64,000 nucleotides of DNA from Deltaproteobacteria bacterium (GCA_050263095.1 JBLNEW010000068.1:14570-78569); one strand, 5' to 3'. Shown: positions 49,646 through 58,641, numbered from the stretch's first letter. Notes: generated by a model not told the origin, from the sequence alone. Numbers and translations are program-made.

Positions 49646-52141
49646 ATGATAACGATTCCTCCTTCCGTGCAGAAACCGTCCCGGTACAGCGGGAGCGAGG
49701 TGCGGCGTCCGCTCGTTTCCTGGGATGCCGCAAAAACCCGCGTCCTTCTTGCCTTTCCCGACGTTTACGAAATAGGCATGTCCCACCTGGGTATCCTCCT
49801 TCTCTACGAGATCCTCAACTCCAGGCCGGGCACGCTCTGCGAACGCGCCTTCGCCCCCTGGATCGATATGGAGCGGCACCTCCGGGATAGCGGGCAACCG
49901 CTGGGATCCCTGGAATCGGGGCGCCCGGCGAGGGATTTCGATATCCTCGGGATTTCATTGAGCTACGAGCTGACCTATACGAACGTCCTCGCAATGCTCG
50001 ACCTGTCAGGCATCCCTCTTTTCGGCCGGGAGAGGGGCGAAGGCGATCCGCTGGTCCTGGGCGGCGGAGTGTGCACGCTCAACCCTGCGCCCGTCGAATC
50101 GTTCTTCGACGCCCTGCTCGTGGGGGACGGCGAGGAGGCGGCGCTGGAAATCATCCGCCTCGTCGAGGAGTGGAAGGAGCGGAAAGGGAAACGGCGCGAG
50201 CTCCTGGAAGGGCTCTCGCGGATCGAGGGAGTTTATGTTCCGGGCGTCTCGACAGGTGTATCCAGGCGCGTCCTGCCGGACCTGTCCCTCTCTCCCCTGC
50301 TTCCCGCGCCGATCCTGCCGTCTATGCGCGTCGTCCACGATCGCCTGGGAATAGAGATATCCCGCGGCTGCACCAGGGGGTGCAGGTTCTGCCAGGCCGG
50401 CTACGTCTATCGGCCGGTGCGGGAGCGGGACCCGCTGCTCCTTCTGCGCTATTTGCAGGAGGTCGCGCCCAGGACCGGATACGACGAAGTCGGGCTGCTT
50501 TCGCTGTCGGCCGCCGATTACGGCTGCATCGACAGGCTGATAACCGAGGCGATGGATACGCTTTCGCCCGAGCGGATCTCCGTTTCCCTGCCGTCGCTTC
50601 GCCTGGACGCATTGAGCGAGAACACCGTCCGGCAGATAAGGAAGGTCCGCAAGACCGGCTTCACGCTGGCCCCGGAGGCGGGCACGGAACGGCTGCGGCA
50701 GTCGCTCAACAAGGACATCCGCGACGAGGAGTTGATGCGGTCCGCCGAGTGGATCTTCGCCAACGGCTGGCAGACGCTCAAGCTTTACTTCATGGTGGGG
50801 CTGCCCGGCGAAACGGCCGGGGACGTCGCATCCATAGGCCGGCTGGCGAAGCAGGTGGCCACGGTCGCCCGCCGCCACGGGAAGCGGAACACGATAACGG
50901 CAAGCCTGTCCGCCTTCGTGCCGAAGCCGCACACGCCGTTCCAGTGGGAGCGCCAGATCGCCAGGGAGGAGATCGAGGAGCGCGTGGCGATCGTACGCGC
51001 GGAGGTCGGGCGTGATAAAAATATCGAGGTCAAGTTCCACTCCCCGGCGGTTTCCGAGCTGGAGGGGGCGTTCTCCCGCGGGGACGGAATGCTAGGGGGC
51101 GTTCTGCTTCGCGCCTACCGGCTGGGGGCGCGGTTCGACGCGTGGACCGAGTCGTTCAGGCCGGAAATCTGGCGCCAGGCGTTCTCTGAGGCGGGGCTCG
51201 CCATGCGCGACTACCTCGGAGAGCGGGACACGGCGCAACCCCTCCCCTGGGATTTCGTCGACGCGGGGATCGACCGGGAATTTCTCCTTTCGGAGCGCGG
51301 GAAAGCCCGATCGGGCGAAGCCACCCCTGACTGCCGCTCGGGGGAATGCTCGGCGTGCGGCGCGTGCCCGCCCGGGCTCTCCAACATCACCTATTCGGCG
51401 ATGACCGCCTCGGAGGAGGGCGCGCATCCGGCGGAGGAACGTCCCGCGGCGGCCGCGCCGGCCGCGCAAGGGCGGCATCTGCTCCGCATCCGGTATTCCA
51501 AGGAAGGCCCGGCCAGGTTTCTCTCGGGCCTCGAGATGCAGTCCCTGTGGGGCCGGTCGCTGCGCCGGGCAGGATTCCCCGTCGCGTACAGCCAGGGATT
51601 CAACCCTGCCCCCCGCCTCTCGTTCTCGCCGGCGCTGCCGGTTGGGACCGAGAGCCTCGCGGAGTATGTGGAAGCGGAATTCAGCCTTCCGGTGGCCGCG
51701 TCCGAGCTGGAGAGAAAGCTGCCCGCCTTCCTTCCGGAGGGGATCGGCTGCGTATCGGCGCGCCTCGTGCCTCCGGGCAGTCCCCGCATCTCCGACTTCG
51801 ACATGCACTGCACGTACCGGATAGATCCGGCGACCGCATCGGGATTCCCGAAGGAGGCCACCCCTTCGGGGGCCGCCGAGGCCTGGGAGAAGCTCGCCGC
51901 ATCGGAGTCCTTTCCGGTGGATGTAGTGCGGGAGGAAACGCGCATTAAGATCGACATCAAGCCACTTGTCGCCAAATTCCTGATGAACGGCGACGGGCTC
52001 TTCATTACAATCATCCATGGGACGGGAAGGGGCGTCCGGCCGCTCGACGCGGTATCGGCGCTCCTCGGCACGACGTTCGCGGCCGACCGGTTCCTCATGA
52101 AGAAAATCGCGGCGGAGCCGGTTCCGCGAAGAAAGAGATAA
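49646..52141 (+). CDS. radical SAM protein (B12-binding-like N-domain + rSAM core) fused to DUF2344 domain
   Basis: 831 aa. CxxxCxxC radical SAM motif (CTRGCRFCQAGYVY). Full length matches the TIGR03960-type rSAM. The C-terminal about 230 aa matches the DUF2344/TIGR03936 partner that is often a separate gene. Sits directly upstream of rng, as in many bacteria. Confidence 0.8.
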   Translation: MITIPPSVQKPSRYSGSEVRRPLVSWDAAKTRVLLAFPDVYEIGMSHLGILLLYEILNSRPGTLCERAFAPWIDMERHLRDSGQPLGSLESGRPARDFDILGISLSYELTYTNVLAMLDLSGIPLFGRERGEGDPLVLGGGVCTLNPAPVESFFDALLVGDGEEAALEIIRLVEEWKERKGKRRELLEGLSRIEGVYVPGVSTGVSRRVLPDLSLSPLLPAPILPSMRVVHDRLGIEISRGCTRGCRFCQAGYVYRPVRERDPLLLLRYLQEVAPRTGYDEVGLLSLSAADYGCIDRLITEAMDTLSPERISVSLPSLRLDALSENTVRQIRKVRKTGFTLAPEAGTERLRQSLNKDIRDEELMRSAEWIFANGWQTLKLYFMVGLPGETAGDVASIGRLAKQVATVARRHGKRNTITASLSAFVPKPHTPFQWERQIAREEIEERVAIVRAEVGRDKNIEVKFHSPAVSELEGAFSRGDGMLGGVLLRAYRLGARFDAWTESFRPEIWRQAFSEAGLAMRDYLGERDTAQPLPWDFVDAGIDREFLLSERGKARSGEATPDCRSGECSACGACPPGLSNITYSAMTASEEGAHPAEERPAAAAPAAQGRHLLRIRYSKEGPARFLSGLEMQSLWGRSLRRAGFPVAYSQGFNPAPRLSFSPALPVGTESLAEYVEAEFSLPVAASELERKLPAFLPEGIGCVSARLVPPGSPRISDFDMHCTYRIDPATASGFPKEATPSGAAEAWEKLAASESFPVDVVREETRIKIDIKPLVAKFLMNGDGLFITIIHGTGRGVRPLDAVSALLGTTFAADRFLMKKIAAEPVPRRKR

Positions 52142-52142
52142 C

Positions 52143-53672
52143 GTGCAGAAGGCCAACAAGCTGATCGTCGTCAATGCGGCGCCTTACGAGACGCGCGTGG
52201 CGACGCTGGAATCGGGGATCCTGGTGGAGCTCCTCATAGAGCGCCGCGGGGACCAGAACATCGTAGGCAACATCTACAAGGGGAAGGTCATCCGCGTGCT
52301 GCCGGGGATGCAGGCCGCCTTCGTGGACATCGGGATGGACAAGGCGGGATTCCTCTTCGCCGGCGACTTCGTCACCCCGCAGCTGGAGTTCGACTCCGAC
52401 AGCGGCGAGGAGCCTGTGCTACCCGAGGACATCGGGATACGGGAAGCGCGTTACCCGCAGGAGCATTTCCTGCCCCCGATCGAAGGGCTTATCCGCGAGG
52501 GCCAGCATATCCTGGTGCAGGTGGCCAAGGAACCGTTGGGCACCAAGGGGGCGCGGATCACGAGCCACATCACCCTTCCCGGGCGGTACCTGGTCCTGCT
52601 CACGTGGTCCGTCCACATCGGAATTTCCCGCCGGATCGACGACCAGGAGGAGCGGGAGCGCCTGAGCGGGCTCGTGGAGAAGATACGCCCGGAAGGCATG
52701 GGGGCGATCGTACGGACGGCCGCGGAGGGGAAGACGGAGGCGGAGCTCAAGGCCGACATGGACTACCTCGTCTGCCTTTGGGAGGCCATCCGCAAAAAGA
52801 GCGACTCCTCCAGCGCGCCGTCCCTCGTGCACCGGGAGCTGTCGCTCTCTCTGCGCGCGGTGAGGGACCTCTTCACTGCGGACATGGACCGGATCGTGGT
52901 CGACTCCGAGGAGGAGCACACGCGGATCAGGGGATTCGCGGCGCAGTTCTTCCCCCGCATACAGGACCGCATCGAGCTGTTCGAGGGGCCTCAGCCGATA
53001 TTCGAGCACCACGGCATCGAGATCGAGCTGGCGCGGGCGCTCGACAAGAAGGTCTGGCTGAAAAGCGGCGGCTACATAGTGATCGAGCAGACCGAGGCAT
53101 TGACCGTCATCGACGTCAACACCGGAAAGTACGTCGGCAGGACCTCGCTCGAGGAAACGACCGTCAAGATCAACCTCGAGGCGGTGAAGGAGATCGTCTA
53201 CCAGCTGCGCCTGCGCAACGTCGGAGGGATCATCATCATCGACTTCATCGACATGAAGAGCGAGGAGAACCGCGAGAAGGTGTACCAGGCGCTGGTCGAC
53301 ACCCTGCGCGCCGACAGGAGCAAGACGACCATCTGCAAGATCTCGGAGCTCGGCCTGGTGGAGATGACGCGCAAGCGGGTCCGCGAGAGCCTCGCCCGGT
53401 CGCTTTCGGAGGGGTGCCCCTACTGCTCCGGCGAGGGCGTCATAAAGTCGAAGAAGACCATCTGCTACGAGATATTCCGCGCGCTGGAGCGTCAGGGAGC
53501 GCTGCTCTCCGGGAAGCAGGTCTTTCTCCACGTGCATCCGGCGCTGGCGGAGGATCTGTTCGGAGAAGAGCGCCGTTTCCTCGAGAAGCTGGAGAACCGG
53601 TACGGGATGAAGGTCAACATCTCGGCTTCCGACAAGCTGCACATCGAGCAGTACCAGATCGAGCACTCTTGA
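52143..53672 (+). CDS. rng: ribonuclease G/E family endoribonuclease (RNase G-like)
   Basis: 509 aa. S1 domain, DNase-I-like catalytic region (DFIDMKSEENREKV), Zn-link (CPYCSGEG). Confidence 0.9.
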   Translation: MQKANKLIVVNAAPYETRVATLESGILVELLIERRGDQNIVGNIYKGKVIRVLPGMQAAFVDIGMDKAGFLFAGDFVTPQLEFDSDSGEEPVLPEDIGIREARYPQEHFLPPIEGLIREGQHILVQVAKEPLGTKGARITSHITLPGRYLVLLTWSVHIGISRRIDDQEERERLSGLVEKIRPEGMGAIVRTAAEGKTEAELKADMDYLVCLWEAIRKKSDSSSAPSLVHRELSLSLRAVRDLFTADMDRIVVDSEEEHTRIRGFAAQFFPRIQDRIELFEGPQPIFEHHGIEIELARALDKKVWLKSGGYIVIEQTEALTVIDVNTGKYVGRTSLEETTVKINLEAVKEIVYQLRLRNVGGIIIIDFIDMKSEENREKVYQALVDTLRADRSKTTICKISELGLVEMTRKRVRESLARSLSEGCPYCSGEGVIKSKKTICYEIFRALERQGALLSGKQVFLHVHPALAEDLFGEERRFLEKLENRYGMKVNISASDKLHIEQYQIEHS

Positions 53673-53731
53673 CATCGGCGTGGGCAGTCCATAATCTTAC
53701 TGGCTGCACCATATCGACCTTTCCGCATCGG

Positions 53732-53806
53732 GCCGACGTAGCTCAACGGTAGAGCAGCTGATTCGTAATCAGCAGGTTGCCAGTTCAATCCTGGCCGTCG
53801 GCTCCA
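53732..53806 (+). tRNA. tRNA-Thr (anticodon CGT)
   Basis: Manual cloverleaf. Acceptor GCCGACG/CGTCGGC 7 bp, U8, D-arm GCTC/GAGC, anticodon stem GCTGA/TCAGC with loop TTCGTAA (CGU), T-arm GCCAG-TTCAATC-CTGGC, discriminator T, encoded CCA. Confidence 0.85.
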
Positions 53807-53810
53807 CCAC

Positions 53811-54329
53811 TTACAGGAAAATCACATACTTGCAAGTTGCCGAATCGCGCAGGATCATTCGGGAACGGACGAAATGTAAGGGATTAAGTGCACATTTTAG
53901 ACACATCTTGACGTACTCTAGAGATTTCCCGTTCCCGATGAGCCAGGTTGCGTAGGTGTGCCGAAGGTCGTGAAAGCGAATTTGCCGGAGGCCCGCTTTC
54001 CGCAAGCACGCTGCGAACATATGCCGAACGTTCGCCCCATCCTGCGCCGTCACTTCCACCGATTCCTCCTCATCTTCGGGGAGCCGATATATCTTCGCAG
54101 GGAATACCCACTCGGGCATGGACCGCCCTGCCTTCAACGCTTCCGCAGCCACAGCTCGCCGATGCTCAGTAAGGATAGCCGCCAGCAGGTCGGACAGGTC
54201 CACACGCCGCGCTTTCCCTGACTTCGGCGTGCTGATATGCCCTTCCCAGTTTGCACGCCGCACTTCGATGTATTTCCCATTCCAGTCAATATCGCCCCAT
54301 TGTAAGGCGATCAGTTCTCCCTGCCGCAT
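53811..54329 (-). pseudogene. tyrosine integrase (phage/P4-like), C-terminal catalytic fragment, decayed at both ends
   Basis: Box I GMRQGELIALQWGDID and box II HDLRHTYATWLI are present. The reading frame then diverges into non-integrase sequence before the catalytic Tyr region. Upstream it is joined by a frameshift to ORF 54286..54633. It is 4 nt from the tRNA 3' end. Confidence 0.7.
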
Positions 54330-54689
54330 CCCTTGTTCCGTCAGCCAATCTATACGGGATTTCTACCCCGTCTATCCGATCTTTCAAGCCCAACGATTCC
54401 AAAAACTCAACCGGGATCCGCTTTATTTCAGCTAGTGCCGAGACTGTGACTGATCCACTCGACACAATGCCCGCAATGCGTTTTTGCTCATTTAACGCCG
54501 CGAAAACCGCTTCCGGCGGGCACCCGGCATGACAATGTAAAACGACATCAACCTTTTCACCTGGGTTGACGCTAAGGGAAGGATTGCTGTCCGCATGCGC
54601 GGGCAGCAAGCTGTGAAACCTTGGCCGTTCCATTTAACCCCCTCTAAAAGGTCGGCAATTTCTTGTAATCGTGGGTTGTTGATTTTCAT
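54286..54689 (-). pseudogene. remnant of phage/plasmid primase zinc-binding (CHC2-type) domain, frameshifted and fused to the integrase fragment
   Basis: Two overlapping frames together read ...KWNGQGFTACCP / AHADSNPSLSVNPGEKVDVVLHCHAGCPPEAVFAAL, the CHC2 primase zinc-finger pattern (CPFH-D--PSLSV---G---HCFGCG). Continues into integrase-like sequence with another frameshift. Confidence 0.45.
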
Positions 54690-54931
54690 CGGGTCTCTCT
54701 TCCTCCAGCATCAACTCCGCGGAATATAGCGACCACATCATCGACACATATCGGCTCTTCGCGGTACTGCGCCAACCAGCGATCCACATCTTCGGTCCGG
54801 AAAAGGATGCCGCTACCTGGAGGATGTATGTGCGGAACATATGGCAATAGATGTCGTCGTGCCCAACGTGCGAAACGCCCGCCGCAATACATTCCAGCCT
54901 GTGCCAATGTCAAATACACCGTTATAGACAT
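54686..54931 (-). CDS. AlpA/excisionase-family small HTH protein (possibly degenerate)
   Basis: ITVYLTLAQAGMYCGGRFARWARRHLLPYV...ILFRTEDVDRWLAQ matches the phage AlpA/Xis DNA-binding pattern (l-eaA-yLgvs--tlyRwv--G-fP ... f--edvdaWl). About 80 aa. Confidence 0.4.
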   Translation of the reverse strand: MSITVYLTLAQAGMYCGGRFARWARRHLLPYVPHIHPPGSGILFRTEDVDRWLAQYREEPICVDDVVAIFRGVDAGGRETR

Positions 54932-55041
54932 GCCCATAAGCTCCTTTATAGGGGGCTATCTCGAAAACTATTACTGTTGTAAGGCTGAATGAAAAACTTG
55001 GGTCCAGGCTATATGGACGGAAAAAGAGGACGATATAGCGG

Positions 55042-55689
55042 TTAATACCGCCTATTTTTTAGTCGCCTTCTCCTTTCGGCGACGTAACTGGCGTCGTACT
55101 CTTTCTCCGGATACATCGCACGTAGTAGGGACGCGACTATCTCATCACAAGGGCGGCCGAACCGGTTCTCAAGCCTGTGAGATAACCGTTTAATGAACAT
55201 ATCTGGTGCAGGAGGTTTCCGTCCGGGCTTGCCTTTTTCCTTTGCCCATTGTTCATAAATGTAGATACAGTACCCCACTTCTTCGGCGTCTGGGTTTAAT
55301 AGCGGAACGTCTTCACGCCTTATTAAGCGAATCGCTGCAGCCAAATCGCTGAAGTATTTATTGGGATATCGTTTCCCCGCGATGATTTTGATGTCCGCGC
55401 ACATTCCTATTATGTCTGCAAAATCCTTAAGGTCATTATCGCAACCATCGGCGCATGCAACAAGATATTCTCTTAGGGCAACCGTTGCGAAATCATCAAT
55501 TAGATGGGTATCTACGCCTTCTTTGACAGGTTTCGGTTTGAGGATCTGTAGCGCTTCTCGAAGTTTCTCGGGATTGTCGCGAATCGATGTTTGGAGATGC
55601 CTCTTGACGGCCGTTTCCCAGTTTGCTGGAATTTTTATCGCGGAAAGATTCTTTCGCTTTGGCATGATTCCACCTCCCGGGACCCTCAT
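55042..55689 (-). CDS. hypothetical protein (island-borne, no recognisable domain; not a recombinase)
   Basis: 215-aa ORF in AT-richer DNA, divergent from the cassette array. No R..HxxR..Y tyrosine-recombinase motifs. Confidence 0.45.
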   Translation of the reverse strand: MRVPGGGIMPKRKNLSAIKIPANWETAVKRHLQTSIRDNPEKLREALQILKPKPVKEGVDTHLIDDFATVALREYLVACADGCDNDLKDFADIIGMCADIKIIAGKRYPNKYFSDLAAAIRLIRREDVPLLNPDAEEVGYCIYIYEQWAKEKGKPGRKPPAPDMFIKRLSHRLENRFGRPCDEIVASLLRAMYPEKEYDASYVAERRRRLKNRRY

Positions 55690-56014
55690 TATTACCCGAA
55701 TCGGTGTCTACGAAACCAGGGGAACTCCAGTAGATCTAGCGCACGTGCGGGAAAATTTATTTGAGTACATTCAATTTCCTCGATATGATTCGCACATTAA
55801 TGAGAGATCGTTTGCCATTCCTATTCGGCTACACCTTCGATATTTTCTCAACTGCCGATTGAGCGCCCCCGCATTCCTCAGCATCCGGGGGATCAAGGAG
55901 CCGGGCTTGAGCAGGATGTTCAGGCTACGTTATCCAGGGCATGGCTGCAGGACATGCACCCTAATCCTATCCTTGAATATGTGCTTTATGATTTTTATAG
56001 GCGAGAAATTTACA

Positions 56015-56032
56015 GTCTAAACCGCGTTAGGC
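56015..56032 (+). repeat. minimal attC/attI-like site GTCTAAAC-CGC-GTTAGGC upstream of the first cassette
   Basis: Inverse-core-like GTCTAA(A)C and GTTRRRY core GTTAGGC are separated by 3 nt and lie 36 nt 5' of the first cassette ORF. May mark the insertion point or a collapsed attC. Confidence 0.25.
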
Positions 56033-56068
56033 GAACGATGGAATTATATATAAAAAGGAGAACAAAAT

Positions 56069-56419
56069 ATGGTTAGGGAGATATCAAAATATAAGCCATC
56101 TTTTTCAACGTGCCCATTATGTAATAGCACTATGTCGAGTAAAGAAATACGAGGGCATGTTGTTCGGTGCCAAAAGACGAAACATATTGGTATTGGCGTT
56201 AAGCAATTATCAAAAAATACCGTATTGATTACAAAAAATATACTGTGTAAAGAATGTGGATTAGTCAAGGCCGCCACTTATGATATGAACAATAAAAGAC
56301 CGCCTAAAATTTGTAATGCATGTAAGAAAAATCCTCCTATTAAGTCGAACGATAAATTCGACCCATTAGACCGTTCTATCAGTGGTGGGGCATTTGAAAT
56401 GAATCGAAGGAGACATTAA
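56069..56419 (+). CDS. cassette ORF 1: small Cys-rich (double zinc-ribbon-like) protein, unknown function
   Basis: 116 aa. CPLC...HVVRC and CKEC...CNAC pairs. AAAAGGAG RBS. Followed 8 nt later by attC-like R1. Confidence 0.55.
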   Translation: MVREISKYKPSFSTCPLCNSTMSSKEIRGHVVRCQKTKHIGIGVKQLSKNTVLITKNILCKECGLVKAATYDMNNKRPPKICNACKKNPPIKSNDKFDPLDRSISGGAFEMNRRRH

Positions 56420-56427
56420 TTTACGTC

Positions 56428-56493
56428 GCCTAACCACCGTTTGCAGATGACGGCTTGCAGCTTTCTCGCTGAGCGCAAAGAACTGAAGCGGAG
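56428..56493 (+). repeat. attC-like site R1 (left half intact: GCCTAAC-CA-CCGTTTGCAG ... CTGAAGCGGAG; right core lost)
   Basis: RYYYAAC inverse core GCCTAAC. L''-like CCGTTTGCAG faces L'-like CTGAAGCGG with one extra G. Shares the central consensus GACGGCTyGC...CTTTCTCGCTGAGyGC with R2 and R3. Confidence 0.5.
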
Positions 56494-56526
56494 ATGGGCA
56501 GTAATAATAACAAGGGGAGATCACAA

Positions 56527-56862
56527 ATGGGAGCTGTGGAAAACATAAAAGAAATTGCCGACCTAATAAAGAAGATCGGCGATGCTGATTTGTATCGAAA
56601 GATAGTAGAGTTGGAACATGAAGTATTTGAACTTTCATGCCAAAACCTATTAAGTCTGAGTAAGATCGAAGAGTTAAAAGAAATTTTGCGTGTCAAACAG
56701 AACATCAAATACGATGGCCAAGTATACTATCTTGAGGGAGATTCCGTTCCCTATTGCCCAAAATGCTGGGAAGTTACTAGAGCACTGGTTCACCTAACAG
56801 AATCCGCGAGCCCAAGTTTTGGTCACTGTCCGAATTGTGAAAATTCATTCAGAGTTAGGTAG
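56527..56862 (+). CDS. cassette ORF 2: small coiled-coil protein with C-terminal zinc ribbon, unknown function
   Basis: 111 aa from ATG 56527 (AAGGGGAGA RBS 6 nt upstream). CPKC...CPNC at the C-terminus. Track start 56494 lies inside R1. Confidence 0.55.
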   Translation: MGAVENIKEIADLIKKIGDADLYRKIVELEHEVFELSCQNLLSLSKIEELKEILRVKQNIKYDGQVYYLEGDSVPYCPKCWEVTRALVHLTESASPSFGHCPNCENSFRVR

Positions 56863-56902
56863 ATCTTGGGTTGCTATATTCCAAATTTCTAGGAGATAGC
56901 AC

Positions 56903-57343
56903 ATGAATTTCAATCATATATGTCTCTATACCGATGGTGGTAGCAAAGGCAATCCAGGACCCGGCTCGATTGCCTTAATAATCTGTAACTCAAACAACGA
57001 AATATTACAGGAATATTCGGAATGCATTGGCCACTGCACCAATAACCAAGCAGAGTATAAAGCATTAATAAAAGGCCTCGACTTATCAGCAAGGTATACC
57101 CGGCGGAAGGTAACCTGTTACTCCGACAGCGAACTATTGATAAAACAAATGAATGGACAGTACAGATTAAAAAATGCTGCACTCAGAAAGTTGTTTCACC
57201 AAGTCCAGGACCTAGTTCGGATGTATGACGAGGTAGTATACCAACATGTACTCAGAGGAAATCAGCGAATAACGCGGGCTGACCAGCTTGTAAAGCAGGC
57301 CCATGCGGGGAGACATATTGATAAGGTGCATGTCATACCGTGA
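56903..57343 (+). CDS. cassette ORF 3: RNase HI-like (type 1 ribonuclease H fold) protein
   Basis: 146 aa. YTDGGSKGNPGPGSIA (Asp1), NNQAEYKALIKGL (Glu), CYSDSELLI (Asp2), C-terminal RADQL (Asp3). Aligns by eye to the E. coli RnhA catalytic residues; lacks the basic protrusion. Confidence 0.75.
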   Translation: MNFNHICLYTDGGSKGNPGPGSIALIICNSNNEILQEYSECIGHCTNNQAEYKALIKGLDLSARYTRRKVTCYSDSELLIKQMNGQYRLKNAALRKLFHQVQDLVRMYDEVVYQHVLRGNQRITRADQLVKQAHAGRHIDKVHVIP

Positions 57344-57347
57344 CGCC

Positions 57348-57421
57348 AGCTAACCACTGCTTGGCACTGACGGCTCGCGTCTTTCTCGCTGAGTGCCCGC
57401 AGCTGAAGCGGAGCGTTAGAC
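57348..57421 (+). repeat. attC-like site R2 (AGCTAAC ... CTGAAGCGGAGC-GTTAGAC), 74 bp
   Basis: Starts 5 nt after the ORF 3 stop and ends 24 nt before the ORF 4 start. Ends in GTTAGAC (GTTRRRY). The left end is its imperfect reverse complement. Internal L''/L' pairing with an extra G. Confidence 0.55.
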
Positions 57422-57445
57422 CGACTGAAAAATGGGAGGAGGGAA

Positions 57446-57718
57446 TTGAAACACTCACTGAGAAACTTATTCGTTTTCCTGTCCATTATGGGTTTAATCG
57501 TTTCCGCATGTGCTCATCAGCCAACTCCAGCCGCATATGATCCCCCAGGATTCTTCTCTGGTCTATGGCATGGATTTATTATTTTATTCAGTCTCATTGG
57601 AAGCATTTTTTCCGACATTAGAATCTACGCATTTCCAAATTCAGGTGGGTGGTACGACTTTGGTTTCTGCATAGGGGTAACTGCATTTTTTGGTGGAGGA
57701 GCAAGTGCTGCAACATGA
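57446..57718 (+). CDS. cassette ORF 4: small lipoprotein / membrane protein
   Basis: 90 aa from TTG (GGAGGAGGG RBS just upstream). MKHSLRNLFVFLSIMGLIVSAC has a lipobox-like signal peptide, then two hydrophobic helices and a Gly-rich tail. Confidence 0.5.
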   Translation: MKHSLRNLFVFLSIMGLIVSACAHQPTPAAYDPPGFFSGLWHGFIILFSLIGSIFSDIRIYAFPNSGGWYDFGFCIGVTAFFGGGASAAT

Positions 57719-57753
57719 GTGGAAAAACAAACAAGGGACATTTTGTTTACGCG

Positions 57754-57826
57754 GTCTAACTACCGCTTGCAAATGGCGGCTCGCGTCTTTTCGTTTAGCG
57801 CCCGCTGCTGAAGCGGAGCGTTAGAC
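57754..57826 (+). repeat. attC-like site R3 (GTCTAAC-TA-CCGCTTGCA ... TGAAGCGG-AGC-GTTAGAC), 73 bp, best-preserved copy
   Basis: R'' GTCTAAC and R' GTTAGAC are perfect reverse complements. L'' CCGCTTGCA pairs with L' TGAAGCGG leaving one bulged G. Starts 36 nt after the ORF 4 stop and ends 15 nt before the ORF 5 ATG, with GGAGGAG between. Confidence 0.6.
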
Positions 57827-57841
57827 CGCGGAGGAGAAATA

Positions 57842-58480
57842 ATGAAGAAGATATCAGTGAAGGGATTGGCGGATTATATGACGGCAAGTGCTGCGGCACA
57901 AAGGAGGTTAATACGGCAATACAAATACCCTTCTGAGGATGAAGCACGAGCGAAAATTTTGTATTACCGCGAAGCAAGGGACCGAATTGAGGCGTTCCAT
58001 AGAAGAGGACGGGATGCGGATTGGCTCAGGTCCCAAGCATCAAACCTCCGAGGTCTTGCTTTGCTCTCCTCTGTGCGAACACGCACACGCCTTCGACACA
58101 ATGCACGGGCACTTATAGATTATGGGCGGAACTTCAGCACCAAGACATTTTCGGTTCTCCCCGATATATCATTATCCGTTCAATATGGCGATCTTCGGAT
58201 AACAGCATTCCCTGATCTATATGTGAATGAAGATGGTGAATCAAAAATAATTAAACTAGATTTTTCCAAGAAACCACTGCCATCGGACGTACCAAAAATA
58301 ATATGTCAGGTGTTCCTAGAAGCCTCGATCCAAGCAGGTATGAGCATTCAAGCAAAAAATATTCTTCTATTCGATGTTACGAGAGGCAAAGAATATAAAC
58401 AAGCAAGAATAGGAGCAAGAATGAGTAGGAATATAGAAGCGACATGCCAAACGATTTCTGCTGTCTGGGACACAATATAA
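57842..58480 (+). CDS. cassette ORF 5: hypothetical protein (possible PD-(D/E)xK-like motif FPDLYV...ESK, weak)
   Basis: 212 aa, no confident domain. GGAGGAG RBS. Confidence 0.5.
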   Translation: MKKISVKGLADYMTASAAAQRRLIRQYKYPSEDEARAKILYYREARDRIEAFHRRGRDADWLRSQASNLRGLALLSSVRTRTRLRHNARALIDYGRNFSTKTFSVLPDISLSVQYGDLRITAFPDLYVNEDGESKIIKLDFSKKPLPSDVPKIICQVFLEASIQAGMSIQAKNILLFDVTRGKEYKQARIGARMSRNIEATCQTISAVWDTI

Positions 58481-58489
58481 ATTAAGACG

Positions 58490-58618
58490 GTCTAACTACC
58501 GCTTGAAGCTGACAGCTCCTTCTGGTCACAGTTCTTGCGGATTGGCGGCGCACCGAAAAGCCTTGGCCGTCGGGGTAAGGCTCGCCCCTCATCTCGCGGC
58601 TTAAGCCGAACGTAAGGC
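58490..58618 (+). repeat. attC-like site R4 (GTCTAAC-TA-CCGCTTGAAGC ... GCGGCTTAAGCCG-AAC-GTAAGGC), 129 bp, long/degenerate
   Basis: Left 20 nt nearly identical to R3. Right end GCGGCTTAA(G)C..GT(a)AGGC resembles known attC 3' ends, with a degenerate core. L''/L' again differ by one extra G. Confidence 0.45.
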
Positions 58619-58641
58619 ACAATGGGGAGGTACATACATTC

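Noticed and set aside
53492-53788. Track ORF overlapping the tRNA-Thr gene
   Set aside because: Spurious; it overlaps a well-folded tRNA and the rng 3' end.
55039-55060. GCGGT-TAAT-ACCGC hairpin followed by a T-run (plus strand) as an intrinsic terminator
   Set aside because: It lies within the last codons and stop of the minus-strand ORF 55042..55689, and no plus-strand gene ends upstream of it. Possibly bidirectional or coincidental.
55042-55689. Divergent ORF upstream of the cassette array as candidate integron integrase
   Set aside because: It has no tyrosine-recombinase boxes (no R...HxxR...Y pattern) and at 215 aa is too short. I kept it as hypothetical.
56853-56859. GTTAGGT core-like heptamer overlapping the ORF 2 stop, as the missing right half of R1 (ORF 2 inserted inside an attC)
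   Set aside because: No L'-like sequence precedes it, and a lone GTTRRRY heptamer is expected by chance at appreciable frequency. Noted but not called.
57721-57752. AAACAA...TTGTTT imperfect hairpin between ORF 4 stop and R3
   Set aside because: Short AT-only stem with a 12-nt loop; too weak to call as a terminator.
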